From Planctomycetia bacterium (lineage in GTDB: Bacteria > Planctomycetota > Planctomycetia > Pirellulales > UBA1268), in the NCBI GenBank assembly GCA_046343855.1, contig JBKDMX010000092.1, positions 18,214 to 82,213 of the forward strand: 64,000 bases of DNA, in the 5' to 3' direction. Below are positions 20,666 to 30,791 of this stretch, in pieces. The translations under genes and the position numbers were made by a program. Within the stretch, counting starts at the first letter, position 1; each line of letters starts with the position of its first letter. The notes below the pieces were generated by a model. The model had not been told where the DNA came from. It saw only the letters and a program-made list of their open reading frames with translations, and searched no databases.

Positions 20666-22078
20666 TCACGCCGTCCGGTCAACAGCACCGTCCTGCAACT
20701 GGTGCAGCTTGTTGTAAAGCGTCTTCAGGCTGATCCCCAGTTCCTCGGCGGTGCGTGCCTTGTTGCCGTGGTTCCGCTCGAGCCCCTCGAGAATAGCCTG
20801 CATCTCGATCTCGCGGAGGCTGACCGGCTTCCGCGCCGCAGGCGCTGTCGGCAAGACCGGCGCGGCCGCAGGAGTGGCGACCAGCTTGGGCGGATCCACG
20901 AGCCGCGGTTTCCCGGCGCCGAGCCGGGCCGGGAGGTGCGACACCGTCAACGGAAGCTCATCGCAGAGCACGAGCGCGTGCTCGATCACGTTGGCGAGTT
21001 CGCGGATATTCCCTGGCCACTGGTGCGATTCCAAGACCCTGAAGACCTCGGGCTCCGCCACGACTGCGTCGGGCGGCGCGTGCGGCCGCGCCTTGCGCAC
21101 GAAATGCCGCACCAGTGCCGGGAGGTCGTCGAGCCTTTCGCGAAGCGGCGGGATCGCGACCTCGAACGTGTTGATCCGAAAGAGCAGATCTTCGCGAAAC
21201 CCGCCGACCGCGACCATCTCCTCGAGCGCGCGGTGGGTGGCGCAGACGACCCGCACGTCCACCGTGATCGGATGGCTGTCGCCCACGCGGCGAATCTCGC
21301 CGCTTTCGAGCGCCCGCAGAAGCCGAGGCTGCAGCGACTTCGGCAGTTCGCCGATTTCGTCGAGAAACAGCGTCCCGCCGTCGGCCACCTCGAAGAGCCC
21401 GGCGCGGTGCTCGTCGGCGCCGGTGAAGGCGCCCTTGCGGTGGCCGAAGAGCTCGCTCTCCACGAGGTGCTCCGGCAACGCGCCGCAGTTCACGGCCACG
21501 AGCGGGCCGCCCGCCCGCGGGCTCCCTTCGTGGATCGCCCGCGCCACGAGCTCCTTGCCGGTGCCCGTCTCGCCGCGGATGAGGACGTTGGAATCGCTCG
21601 CCGCGATTCTGGCGACGAGTTGCTTCACACGTCCGAGGCCGGCCGAGCCGCCGACGAGCTGAGTAGCCCCTTCGGCGCGGCGCACGCGGCCCTCGAGCGC
21701 CCGCAGCCGGGCAGTGAGCTCCCGCTTCTTGCGCACCCGCTCGAGCACGGCCTGGATGTCGGCGAGCTTGCAGGGCTTGGTGAGGTAATCAAACACCCCC
21801 TGCCGCACGGCCGCGACGGCGCTTTCGAGCGACGACTTGCCGGTGATGATGACGGCTTCGGTGTCGGGCGAGATCTCGCGCACCCGCGTGATCACCTCGA
21901 GCCCGCCGACGCCGGGCATATCGAGATCGACGATCACACAGTCGTAGGCTGTGCGGTCGAGCGCGGCGAGCGCCACGCGGCCGTCGGGGCAGACAGTGGC
22001 CTCGTGTCCGAGCCGGGGCAGCTCGATCCTCATGAGCTCCTGGATCGAGGTCTCGTCATCGGCGAACAGAATCCGCAT
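20666..22078 (-). CDS. Sigma54-dependent response regulator (NtrC/AtoC type)
   Basis: Receiver (ADDE, DLDMPG), GETGTGKE, GAFTGA, LFLDEIGE, WPGNIREL, Fis-type HTH. Confidence 0.95.
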   Translation of the reverse strand: MRILFADDETSIQELMRIELPRLGHEATVCPDGRVALAALDRTAYDCVIVDLDMPGVGGLEVITRVREISPDTEAVIITGKSSLESAVAAVRQGVFDYLTKPCKLADIQAVLERVRKKRELTARLRALEGRVRRAEGATQLVGGSAGLGRVKQLVARIAASDSNVLIRGETGTGKELVARAIHEGSPRAGGPLVAVNCGALPEHLVESELFGHRKGAFTGADEHRAGLFEVADGGTLFLDEIGELPKSLQPRLLRALESGEIRRVGDSHPITVDVRVVCATHRALEEMVAVGGFREDLLFRINTFEVAIPPLRERLDDLPALVRHFVRKARPHAPPDAVVAEPEVFRVLESHQWPGNIRELANVIEHALVLCDELPLTVSHLPARLGAGKPRLVDPPKLVATPAAAPVLPTAPAARKPVSLREIEMQAILEGLERNHGNKARTAEELGISLKTLYNKLHQLQDGAVDRTA

Positions 22079-22082
22079 CGGC

Positions 22083-23801
22083 CTAGGCTGCTTGCTGGTT
22101 GTGATGATCCACCTCCTTGTCTTGTCGGTCGGCCGGCGGCTGCGATGCGGCCCGCGGCCCCGCCGTCTCCGTGGTGATCTCGGCCACCGGCAACGTCACG
22201 CGGAAGGTGGCGCCGGTCCCGGGGCCGTCGCTGTTGGCCTCGATGCGGCCGCCGTGATCGGCGACGATCCGGTGCACGATCGAGAGGCCGAGCCCGGTGC
22301 CCTGCCCCGTCTTTCGCCGCGTGAAGAAGGGTTCGAAGAGGTGCTCGAGCACCTCCGCCGTCATGCCGCAGCCATTGTCGGTGAACGTGAGCAGGGCCTC
22401 GCTGCCGGTGCGCTTCACGGCCACCTGCACATGCCCGCCGTCTTCGACGCAGTCGAGTGCGTTGACCAGCAGGTTGAGCACCACTTGCTTGATCTCCTGC
22501 GGGTTGACCATCACGAGCACGTCGGGCCCCTCGGCGATCTCGATCGACTTGCCGGAAAAGCGGCCCACGTGCCGCAGCATGTCGGCCACGTCGGCCACCA
22601 GTGCGCCGATCGCGGTCGCCTGCCGCCGCACCTCGCCGAGCCGCGAAAAATCGAGCAGCTTTTCCGTGATGCCCTTGCAGCGGAAGGCCTCGTTTTGGAT
22701 CAACTCGAGATACCGCCGCGCGACCAGCGCGTCGGCGTGGTCGGCCGGCAGCGCCGCAATCCGGCTCTCCAGCGACTCGGCGCACATCGCGATCGATGCC
22801 AGTGGATTGTTGATCTCGTGGGCCACGCCGGCGGCCAGAAACCCAACGCTCGCGAGCTGCTCGTTACGGATCACCTCGCGGGTGCGGAGCTGCACCTGCC
22901 GGTCGAGGTCGTCACGGGTCTCCTCGAATCGCTGCGTCATGTCGTTGAGGGCGGCGGCCAATTCGGCCATCTCGTCGCGGGTGTCGAGCCGGATGCGGAA
23001 GCCGAAATCCCCCTTCGCCACCCGGCGTGAGCCGTGGCCGAGAAGCCGCAGCGGACGAAACACCCAGCGGTAGGTGAGCACACCGAGCGCCGCCAGCAAG
23101 ACCGCCGCCGCCAAGGCGGAAGCCCAGGTGGTGACGATGAGCGTGCGGTAGCCGATCCGCACCTCGTGGGAGAGGTCGTGCAGCCGCTCCTGCAAAAACG
23201 TGGGCAGTTCGGCGCAGAGGGAGGCCAAACGCTCCAGGTGCGGTTCGATCTCGAGGAGCTTCCGCCGCTGATCGGGCACGGAGTCGTCGGCCGGCTCGAG
23301 GAAGGCCGCGCCGCGGGGCTCGGCGATCGAGCGGATCGTCTCCAGGCAGGAGGCGATGTCGCGGGCGGTTTCCCGCTCGCGGCTGCGGTCGCCGAACGGC
23401 ATGTCGTCGAGCTCGTCGGCAGCCAGTTCGACGCAATAGCGGTCGAGCGCCCACGAGGTCTTCTCGACCTGGTCGGCGAAGGAGCCCCCCGCCACGCGGC
23501 GGCCGCCGAGCCGTCGGCCCGTCGGCCCGCGGATCGCGTCGAACCGCGAGGCCACGCCCACGCCGTGAAACTCCTTGAGGTCGCCGGCGAGCGCCCGGGC
23601 ATGCGCCAGCCGCAGGTCGCCCACGCAGTCGTCGAGCTCGCTGGCCAACGGCAGCTCGGCGGCGCGGCAGCTCAGGGCGCGCACGAGCCGGCGATAGGAA
23701 TAGATGCCGAGGAAGCTGCTCGCCGAGAGCGTGGCCACGAGGATGCCCACGAGCAGCCCACCCAGGAGCAGTTTGTCGCGAATCGGTCGCCGCTTGCGCA
23801 C
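22083..23801 (-). CDS. Membrane sensor histidine kinase (HAMP-HisKA-HATPase)
   Basis: Two TM segments, HAMP (DEMAELA), AHEINNPL, NLLVNA, DNGCG, GTGLGL. Confidence 0.93.
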   Translation of the reverse strand: MRKRRPIRDKLLLGGLLVGILVATLSASSFLGIYSYRRLVRALSCRAAELPLASELDDCVGDLRLAHARALAGDLKEFHGVGVASRFDAIRGPTGRRLGGRRVAGGSFADQVEKTSWALDRYCVELAADELDDMPFGDRSRERETARDIASCLETIRSIAEPRGAAFLEPADDSVPDQRRKLLEIEPHLERLASLCAELPTFLQERLHDLSHEVRIGYRTLIVTTWASALAAAVLLAALGVLTYRWVFRPLRLLGHGSRRVAKGDFGFRIRLDTRDEMAELAAALNDMTQRFEETRDDLDRQVQLRTREVIRNEQLASVGFLAAGVAHEINNPLASIAMCAESLESRIAALPADHADALVARRYLELIQNEAFRCKGITEKLLDFSRLGEVRRQATAIGALVADVADMLRHVGRFSGKSIEIAEGPDVLVMVNPQEIKQVVLNLLVNALDCVEDGGHVQVAVKRTGSEALLTFTDNGCGMTAEVLEHLFEPFFTRRKTGQGTGLGLSIVHRIVADHGGRIEANSDGPGTGATFRVTLPVAEITTETAGPRAASQPPADRQDKEVDHHNQQAA

Positions 23802-23922
23802 GTCCGACCTCCATGTCGGCGGATGGATGTCCGTCGAAGAAACGGGCGGGGGAAGGTAGCAAAGCGGCGGAGCCGGACAAAGACGGATTCGGGCGGGCGG
23901 AAAGGGCAGGCTGAACAGGCGC

Positions 23923-23946
23923 GACAGGCACAGAGGCCTGCCCTAC
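23923..23946 (-). repeat. REP holding a stop codon
   Basis: GACAGGCACAGAGGCCTGCCCTAC; CTA at 23943-23945 is the stop. Confidence 0.8.
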
Positions 23947-26249
23947 ACCAAGCCCCAGCGCTTGCGGAGCGTCCACTCAATGCAGAGGCAACCTGCCATC
24001 AGCAGGAACATCGGCCACTTGTCCCACGGCGTGTAGGACCACTGCTCGAGCGTCTCGAACGCTGCCGGCTTGCCGCGGATCTCGTCGAAGATGTCGGGCA
24101 ACTCCTCCGGCGACCGCACGCCGCCACCGGTGGCCTCCGCGAGCTGCCGCATGAGCAGCGGATTGGCACGCGGGTTGGCGAGCTCGAGGTCCTGTCGGAA
24201 GACGGTGAAGCGGGCCGTGCGCTCGAGCTGCTTCGGCTGGCCATCGCGCGCCGCGCGAAGCACGAGCTTCCAGTCGCCCGGTTCGTCGAATGCGGCGACG
24301 GCGCCCGCAAAGGCATCACCCTTGCGCGGCACCCGCACCGCCCGCGGCTTGCCCGCGGGTGAAATGGCGACGGCCTCGATGGCCGTGTCGGTGACGGGCG
24401 TGCCGTCGGCCTTCGTCACCCCCGCGTCGAACGCGAGCGAGGCGCCGGGCGAAAGCCGCCGCTGCGCGAGTCGCACCCAGAGCGAGTCGCCCTCGGCGTC
24501 GTCCTTCCGCGCGAGCCAGAGGACGAGCTGACGCCAAAACCGTCGGTGCTGCTCGCCGGCGCCCTGCATCGCCCAGCGCCAGGTCGAGTCGGCCGCGAAG
24601 GCGAGCACGCGGCCTTCGCCGAATTCGCGGGCCACCAGGAGCGGCCTGCCATCGGCCGTGACCGCCAGCGGCTTGGCGGTGGGCACGAGCCGGCCAAGGT
24701 CGTTGGCACCTTCGAGCGGCGGCATCGCCCGCCAGGCCGCGAGCGTCTCTTGATCGGTCTTGCCCAGCCGCAGGATCGACACGCCGCCAAACTGCCGCTC
24801 GGGAAGCATCTGCAGCGGGCCCGGAATGTGGAGGCTCTCCCGCACGGGCTGGTCGAAGGCCTGCCGCGCGAGGCGATCCGCCTCGAAGGGCACGAGCGGC
24901 GCGAGCGCCGAACTCCCCCAGCCGCCCGCCTCGAAGGCATGAAATCCACCGAGCAGGCCGATTCCCGAGCCCGCCTTCACGCGGCCGAGGATGAGCTCGA
25001 GATCGTGCGGTCTGAGCGCCGACGCATCGAGGTCGCCGATCAGGAAGACGTTGTAGTTGCCCGCCGCCAGGCGGCCGAGATCGACCGGCCAGCGGTCGCG
25101 GCGGCTCGAGTCGATCCATTGGAAGTCAACCTGCATGTCGGGGCTCGCGGCGAGCACGCGCCTGAGAAACCGCTGCTCCACCCGCAAAGCTCCCTCGAGA
25201 TAGAGCACACGCAGGCCGCCATCGACCACGTCGACGAACGTGGAGAGCTCGTTGTTGGTCACGACGGCCTCACCGTCCTGCGGCTCCACGACGAGCGACA
25301 CCTTCCGTTCGCCGAGCTGGCCGTTGGGAGTCCACGCCAACCGCACGGGCTCCTCCACCGACTCCGACTCCGGCCGGCCCTTCACGCTGGTGCGGGCCAC
25401 CTCCTCCATCCCGCCGGCGTCGTTCTCGGCGAGGAGTTTCACGACCACATCTCGGTCGGCGAGGCCATCGAGCCGCACGCGGCCGGCCACCTCGAGGGCG
25501 TTGCCGCGATAGACGGTCTCGCCCACCGCGAGATTCGACACCGCCGCGTCGCGGCCCTGCCCCGTGCCCCGCTGCTGGCCGAACGTGATGCTCCAGAGCG
25601 GCACCCCCGCATCCCCGACCTTGCGGGCAGCCGACTGCGGCGGCAGGTCGCGTGGCGGATAGGCGTGCTGGGCTCCGTCGCTGAGCACGATGACCCCGAC
25701 GAGATGCTTTCCGGCGGCCGCCCGGAGGGCGTCTTCGATCGCGGCGCCGATCGCACTCTCGTCGGCCGAAGGCTCGTCCTTCCAGTCGCCCAATGGCAGC
25801 GGTTCGTCGGCTCCGGCGGCCACGACGCGGGCCTCGCGGTCGAATCGCCAGACGGTGATGTCGAAGTCGCCATCGGCCACGAGCGACCTTGCCGACGGCC
25901 GCGCCGCGGCCAGCGCGGCTCCCAATTCCTGCCAGCGGGTGCCGCCATTGGGGCCATCGGCGATGCTCATGCTCTCCGAAGCGTCGGCCAGCACGAGCAC
26001 GCTCCCGTGCTGCCGCGCCTTGCGACTGGAGACGATCGTCGGCCGCAGCATGCAGGCCACGAGCGCGAGAAACGCGCCCAGCCTGAGGAGCACGAGCACG
26101 AGCCGGCCTGCGGCCGACAGACGCGAGCCATCGGGGCCGACCGCGAAGAGCACGGCGGCCAGCGCCAGCGTGATGATCCCCAGCAACCACCACGACCCCA
26201 CCGGGTCGAGGTTCAGCGCCGTTTCGTTCAGCAGGCTCGCGGCGATCAT
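23943..26249 (-). CDS. Membrane-anchored vWA plus glutamine-amidotransferase-like domain protein
   Basis: N-terminal TMs, DASESM MIDAS, LSDG, GEGRVLA..DSTWRW, C-terminal EW.LRKRWGL. Confidence 0.78.
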   Translation of the reverse strand: MIAASLLNETALNLDPVGSWWLLGIITLALAAVLFAVGPDGSRLSAAGRLVLVLLRLGAFLALVACMLRPTIVSSRKARQHGSVLVLADASESMSIADGPNGGTRWQELGAALAAARPSARSLVADGDFDITVWRFDREARVVAAGADEPLPLGDWKDEPSADESAIGAAIEDALRAAAGKHLVGVIVLSDGAQHAYPPRDLPPQSAARKVGDAGVPLWSITFGQQRGTGQGRDAAVSNLAVGETVYRGNALEVAGRVRLDGLADRDVVVKLLAENDAGGMEEVARTSVKGRPESESVEEPVRLAWTPNGQLGERKVSLVVEPQDGEAVVTNNELSTFVDVVDGGLRVLYLEGALRVEQRFLRRVLAASPDMQVDFQWIDSSRRDRWPVDLGRLAAGNYNVFLIGDLDASALRPHDLELILGRVKAGSGIGLLGGFHAFEAGGWGSSALAPLVPFEADRLARQAFDQPVRESLHIPGPLQMLPERQFGGVSILRLGKTDQETLAAWRAMPPLEGANDLGRLVPTAKPLAVTADGRPLLVAREFGEGRVLAFAADSTWRWAMQGAGEQHRRFWRQLVLWLARKDDAEGDSLWVRLAQRRLSPGASLAFDAGVTKADGTPVTDTAIEAVAISPAGKPRAVRVPRKGDAFAGAVAAFDEPGDWKLVLRAARDGQPKQLERTARFTVFRQDLELANPRANPLLMRQLAEATGGGVRSPEELPDIFDEIRGKPAAFETLEQWSYTPWDKWPMFLLMAGCLCIEWTLRKRWGLV

Positions 26250-28444
26250 GAGGGCGTCTCCGCGAGCATCGCGGGCACGGCTTCCGCCTCGCGCGGCGCG
26301 TAAAATCGATTGGCCACGATCCAATCGCCCGCCATCGCCACCGCCGCCAGGATGATGAGCCAGCCGAAGAGCTCCGCACCGATCCGCTCGAGGTTGACAT
26401 CGCGGACGAGTTCCCGTTCCGAGCGGGCAAGCCGATGCTCCGCGCCGAAGATGGCCGTGAGCGCGTCATCGCCAAGCCGTGCCGTGTCGGTGGCGGCGGC
26501 ATCGAGGTTGGCGCTGAACCCCTTGGCCAGCCCTCCCGCCTCGCCGCCCGAGCGGATCACATAGTTGCCCGCCACCTCGGTGGCCGTGACCGTGATCGTG
26601 CCCCGCTTTGGATCGACCGCTGCTGGAAAGTCGTCACCGGCGGGAGTGCGAACGAAGGCCGCTGGCAGGTCGCGCCGCTCCACGTGCAGCACCGCCGGCC
26701 GGCCGGCGATGATGTTGCGGTCGTCGGCCGTGTCGATCGCGTGCAAGAGCGTCTCGTTGGCGAGCATCACGAACGGCCAGGGCTCGAAGCCCGTCGCCAG
26801 CGTGTTCCAGGCGTCGGGATCGTTCGCCGATTGCGACACGGGCGTCGTCACCGTGATCACGGTGCCGGCGCCGAGCCGATGCTCGAGGATCGCGGGCAGC
26901 CCGTTGCGATAGGCCGCCACGGCAATCGCCCCCCGGGCGGCCCCATCGGCGGCCCCTGCATTCTCGACCGGCTCGAACTCCCAATGCCGCTGCACCGGAA
27001 AATCCTGCCACGGCACGGCATCCCCCACGCGCCGAAAAGGCGCGAGGATCGGGTGGTCGAGCGACTCCGGTGCGAGAAAGTTGCTCCCGTCGGGGCTCCG
27101 CCATACCCGCTTGATCCGACCACAAAGCAACTTTTCCGAGCCCGGCGAATTGAATCTCGCCGCATCACCGGCGCGTGGCCCGAGCCAGACGACGAGACCG
27201 CCCCCCGACGCCACCCACTGCGCGAGCGCGTCCCACGTGGCCGCAGGCAGCGGCGGCGGATCGACCAGCACGATCCCCTTCACACCATCCCACGACGTGC
27301 CGTCGAGCCGCTCGATGTCGACCACCGTGGCATCGAACCGCGCCTTGCCCGCCTTGCGGAGCGCCAAAGGCGCGATCGCCTGCGAGACAAAGATCGCCGT
27401 GCGGTCGGCCGGCGCGGGCGCCGCCACGAGCACGCGCGAGGCCGCGCCCACCTGCACCGTGAAATAGCGCACGTCGTCGGCCTCGAGATCGTCGGAGCCG
27501 TCGATGACCACGCGGCCCTGCCGAACACCCGGCTCGAGCCCCGCCACCTCGAAGGCTACCTCGACGGTGCTGCCCTGCTTCCAGGCCACCGGCTTGACCG
27601 CCCGCCGCGCATAGTGGCCATCGGCGGCGAGGAGTTCCACCGCCACGGCGCGGCTGGCATCGGGGCCGGTGCGGCTGGCCGCCACGGAGAGCGCTAGCGG
27701 CGTTCCCGCCGCCACCACGTCGTTCGCCAGATCGACCGCGTCGAGCGAGAAGTTTTGCGATGATCGAGCGCCCACGTCGACGTAGAGCACGCTCGCGTCG
27801 GGATGCGAGGCCGTCACGTCGAGCGGCGACGCGCCCTCCCAGGCACCGCGCGAGCAGTCGGTGAAGACATACATCTCGTGCCGCGCGAGGCCGGAGGTGT
27901 CGAGCAGCCGCAGGCCCTCCCGCATGGCGTCGGCGAGCGACACGGCGGGATTCGCGGCGGCGAGCCGATCGACCCGCGTGGCGGCGGCGGCGATCGTGGG
28001 CGAAAACGCCGCCGCGCCGCCGGAGGTGTCGAGCACGGCCACCTTGCTCGTCGGCGGCAGCTTGTCGAAGAGCACCTTCGCCATCGCGGCGGCCTGCTCG
28101 AGCCGCGTTCGGTTGGCCTCACGGAGCAGCATCCGCGGCGCGGCGTCGAAGACGAAGACGGCCGCCACCGGCCCCTCGCCGTCGGCGAGCCAGCCGGCCC
28201 CGCGCAACGTCGGCCGCGCGAGGGCCAACGCGAGCAAGGCCAGGGCCGCCATCCGTAAGAGCAACAAGAGCAGGTGATTGAGCCGCAGCCGCCGCCGATT
28301 GGCCGTCGCCCGCGCCTTCAGGAATCGCAGCGCCGGAAACTCCCGCTTCACCGGCTTCCGTCGCATGATGAGGTGCAGCACGAGCGGCACGGCGACGAGC
28401 GCCGCGCCGCCAAGCAGCATCGGAGTGAGAAACGTGAGGCCCAT
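26246..28444 (-). CDS. BatA-domain membrane protein
   Basis: FLTP..L.G...VP.VLHL..RR....FPALRFL...LLLLLR..LALARP N-terminal double-TM (BatA) motif; C-terminal TM. Confidence 0.85.
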   Translation of the reverse strand: MGLTFLTPMLLGGAALVAVPLVLHLIMRRKPVKREFPALRFLKARATANRRRLRLNHLLLLLLRMAALALLALALARPTLRGAGWLADGEGPVAAVFVFDAAPRMLLREANRTRLEQAAAMAKVLFDKLPPTSKVAVLDTSGGAAAFSPTIAAAATRVDRLAAANPAVSLADAMREGLRLLDTSGLARHEMYVFTDCSRGAWEGASPLDVTASHPDASVLYVDVGARSSQNFSLDAVDLANDVVAAGTPLALSVAASRTGPDASRAVAVELLAADGHYARRAVKPVAWKQGSTVEVAFEVAGLEPGVRQGRVVIDGSDDLEADDVRYFTVQVGAASRVLVAAPAPADRTAIFVSQAIAPLALRKAGKARFDATVVDIERLDGTSWDGVKGIVLVDPPPLPAATWDALAQWVASGGGLVVWLGPRAGDAARFNSPGSEKLLCGRIKRVWRSPDGSNFLAPESLDHPILAPFRRVGDAVPWQDFPVQRHWEFEPVENAGAADGAARGAIAVAAYRNGLPAILEHRLGAGTVITVTTPVSQSANDPDAWNTLATGFEPWPFVMLANETLLHAIDTADDRNIIAGRPAVLHVERRDLPAAFVRTPAGDDFPAAVDPKRGTITVTATEVAGNYVIRSGGEAGGLAKGFSANLDAAATDTARLGDDALTAIFGAEHRLARSERELVRDVNLERIGAELFGWLIILAAVAMAGDWIVANRFYAPREAEAVPAMLAETPS

Positions 28445-28463
28445 GATTTTCAGTCTACGACAA

Positions 28464-28660
28464 GACAGGCACGGAGGCCTGTCCTACGAGCCGGCGGAGC
28501 CGGCCAAGCGAAAATCGGCAGGATGCCGATGTCTCGCGTGAAGCAAGACAGGCACGGAGGCCTGTCCTACTTGCATCGCTAGGCCCGGAGGGCCGGGTTC
28601 AAGCCAGCGGGCGGAGCCCGCCAAGCGAAAATCGGCAGGATGCCGATGTTTCGCGTGAAG
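28464..28660. repeat. Composite mosaic: two REPs alternating with two ~54-bp GGA-hairpin units
   Basis: GACAGGCACGGAGGCCTGTCCTAC at 28464 and 28547; near-identical units 28490-28543 and 28607-28660 containing ATCGGCAGGATGCCGAT. Confidence 0.88.
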
Positions 28661-29557
28661 TTAGAATCTATTGCGGCGGCTGACGAGATAGCCCATCAGC
28701 GCGCGGTCGAACTGCATGCTCGTGTCGAGCGGCACGTAATCGATCCCCGAGTGGAAGCAGAACCGGCGGTAGTCGTCGCGGAAGACCTCCACGCCGGCCA
28801 CATACTGCCGGCGGGCGGCGTCGGCATCGACGACGAGCCGGTCGGCCGACTCGGGCTCCGTGAATTCGACCATGCCCTCGAAGGGAAACTTCACCTCCGC
28901 CTCGTCGAGCACGTGGAAGAGGATCACGTCGTGGCCGCGGTGCCGCAACCGCAGAAGCGACTCGCGGATCGGCTCGGGATCGGCCAAGAGGTCGCTGAAA
29001 ATCATCACGAGCGAACGGTGCCGCAGCATCGCCGCCACCTGCACGAGGCTGCGGGCCGCGTCGGTGCGGCCCGAGGGCTTCACCTTCGCGAGCACCGAGA
29101 GCACCTGCGCGATCTGCGACCGCCGCGACCGGGCCGGCAGGCTCGCGTGGAGCTTGTCGTCGAACGTCATCAGGCCGCAGGGATCCTGCTGGTGGACCAT
29201 GAGCCAGCAGAGCGCGGCCGCGAGCGAGATCGAGTAGTCGAGCTTGGTGAGCTCCTGCCGGTAGGTGTAAGCCATCGAGCCGCTCGTGTCGATCACGAGG
29301 TAACCCGTGATGTTGGTCTCGGCCTCGAACTTCTTGACGTAGTGCTTGTCGGTCTTGGCGTAGACGAGCCAGTCGATGTCTTTCGGGTCGTCGCCCGCCG
29401 CATACTTGCGGTGCTCGCTGAACTCCACGGAGAAGCCCTGGTAGGGGCTGGCATGCAGTCCCTGCAGGAACCCGCGCACGATGAACTGCGCCCGCAGGTC
29501 GAGCCGCGCGATCTGCCGCACGACTTCCGGCTTCAGGTATTCCTCGACGGCTCTCAC
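28661..29557 (-). CDS. DUF58 domain protein
   Basis: GLHAS...GFSVEFSEHRKY..GDD.KDIDW, DTSGSM. Confidence 0.92.
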   Translation of the reverse strand: MRAVEEYLKPEVVRQIARLDLRAQFIVRGFLQGLHASPYQGFSVEFSEHRKYAAGDDPKDIDWLVYAKTDKHYVKKFEAETNITGYLVIDTSGSMAYTYRQELTKLDYSISLAAALCWLMVHQQDPCGLMTFDDKLHASLPARSRRSQIAQVLSVLAKVKPSGRTDAARSLVQVAAMLRHRSLVMIFSDLLADPEPIRESLLRLRHRGHDVILFHVLDEAEVKFPFEGMVEFTEPESADRLVVDADAARRQYVAGVEVFRDDYRRFCFHSGIDYVPLDTSMQFDRALMGYLVSRRNRF

Positions 29558-29579
29558 CGTGGTGTCTCCCCTTCGACGC

Positions 29580-30605
<1,026 letters not shown>

Positions 30606-30791
30606 GGGGCGATCCTTCCTTGGGGGGCTGGCGACCTCTCAAGTATCCGCCGTGGCCCACGAAGCGGCAAACGCCACCGCATCCCGACGGGGATTCGCGC
30701 CCCGCCCGCTGCCGCGAACGAAAAAGCGGTAGAATCGCCAAGGTCGTGGATTCCAGGCCATTGGTTCCGATTCCCTGTCGCGAGGCGGGCA

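Noticed and set aside
28464-28660. Possible mini CRISPR array
   Set aside because: Only two copies of each repeat, the 'spacers' are themselves repeated, the repeat is the dispersed REP, and no cas genes are present.
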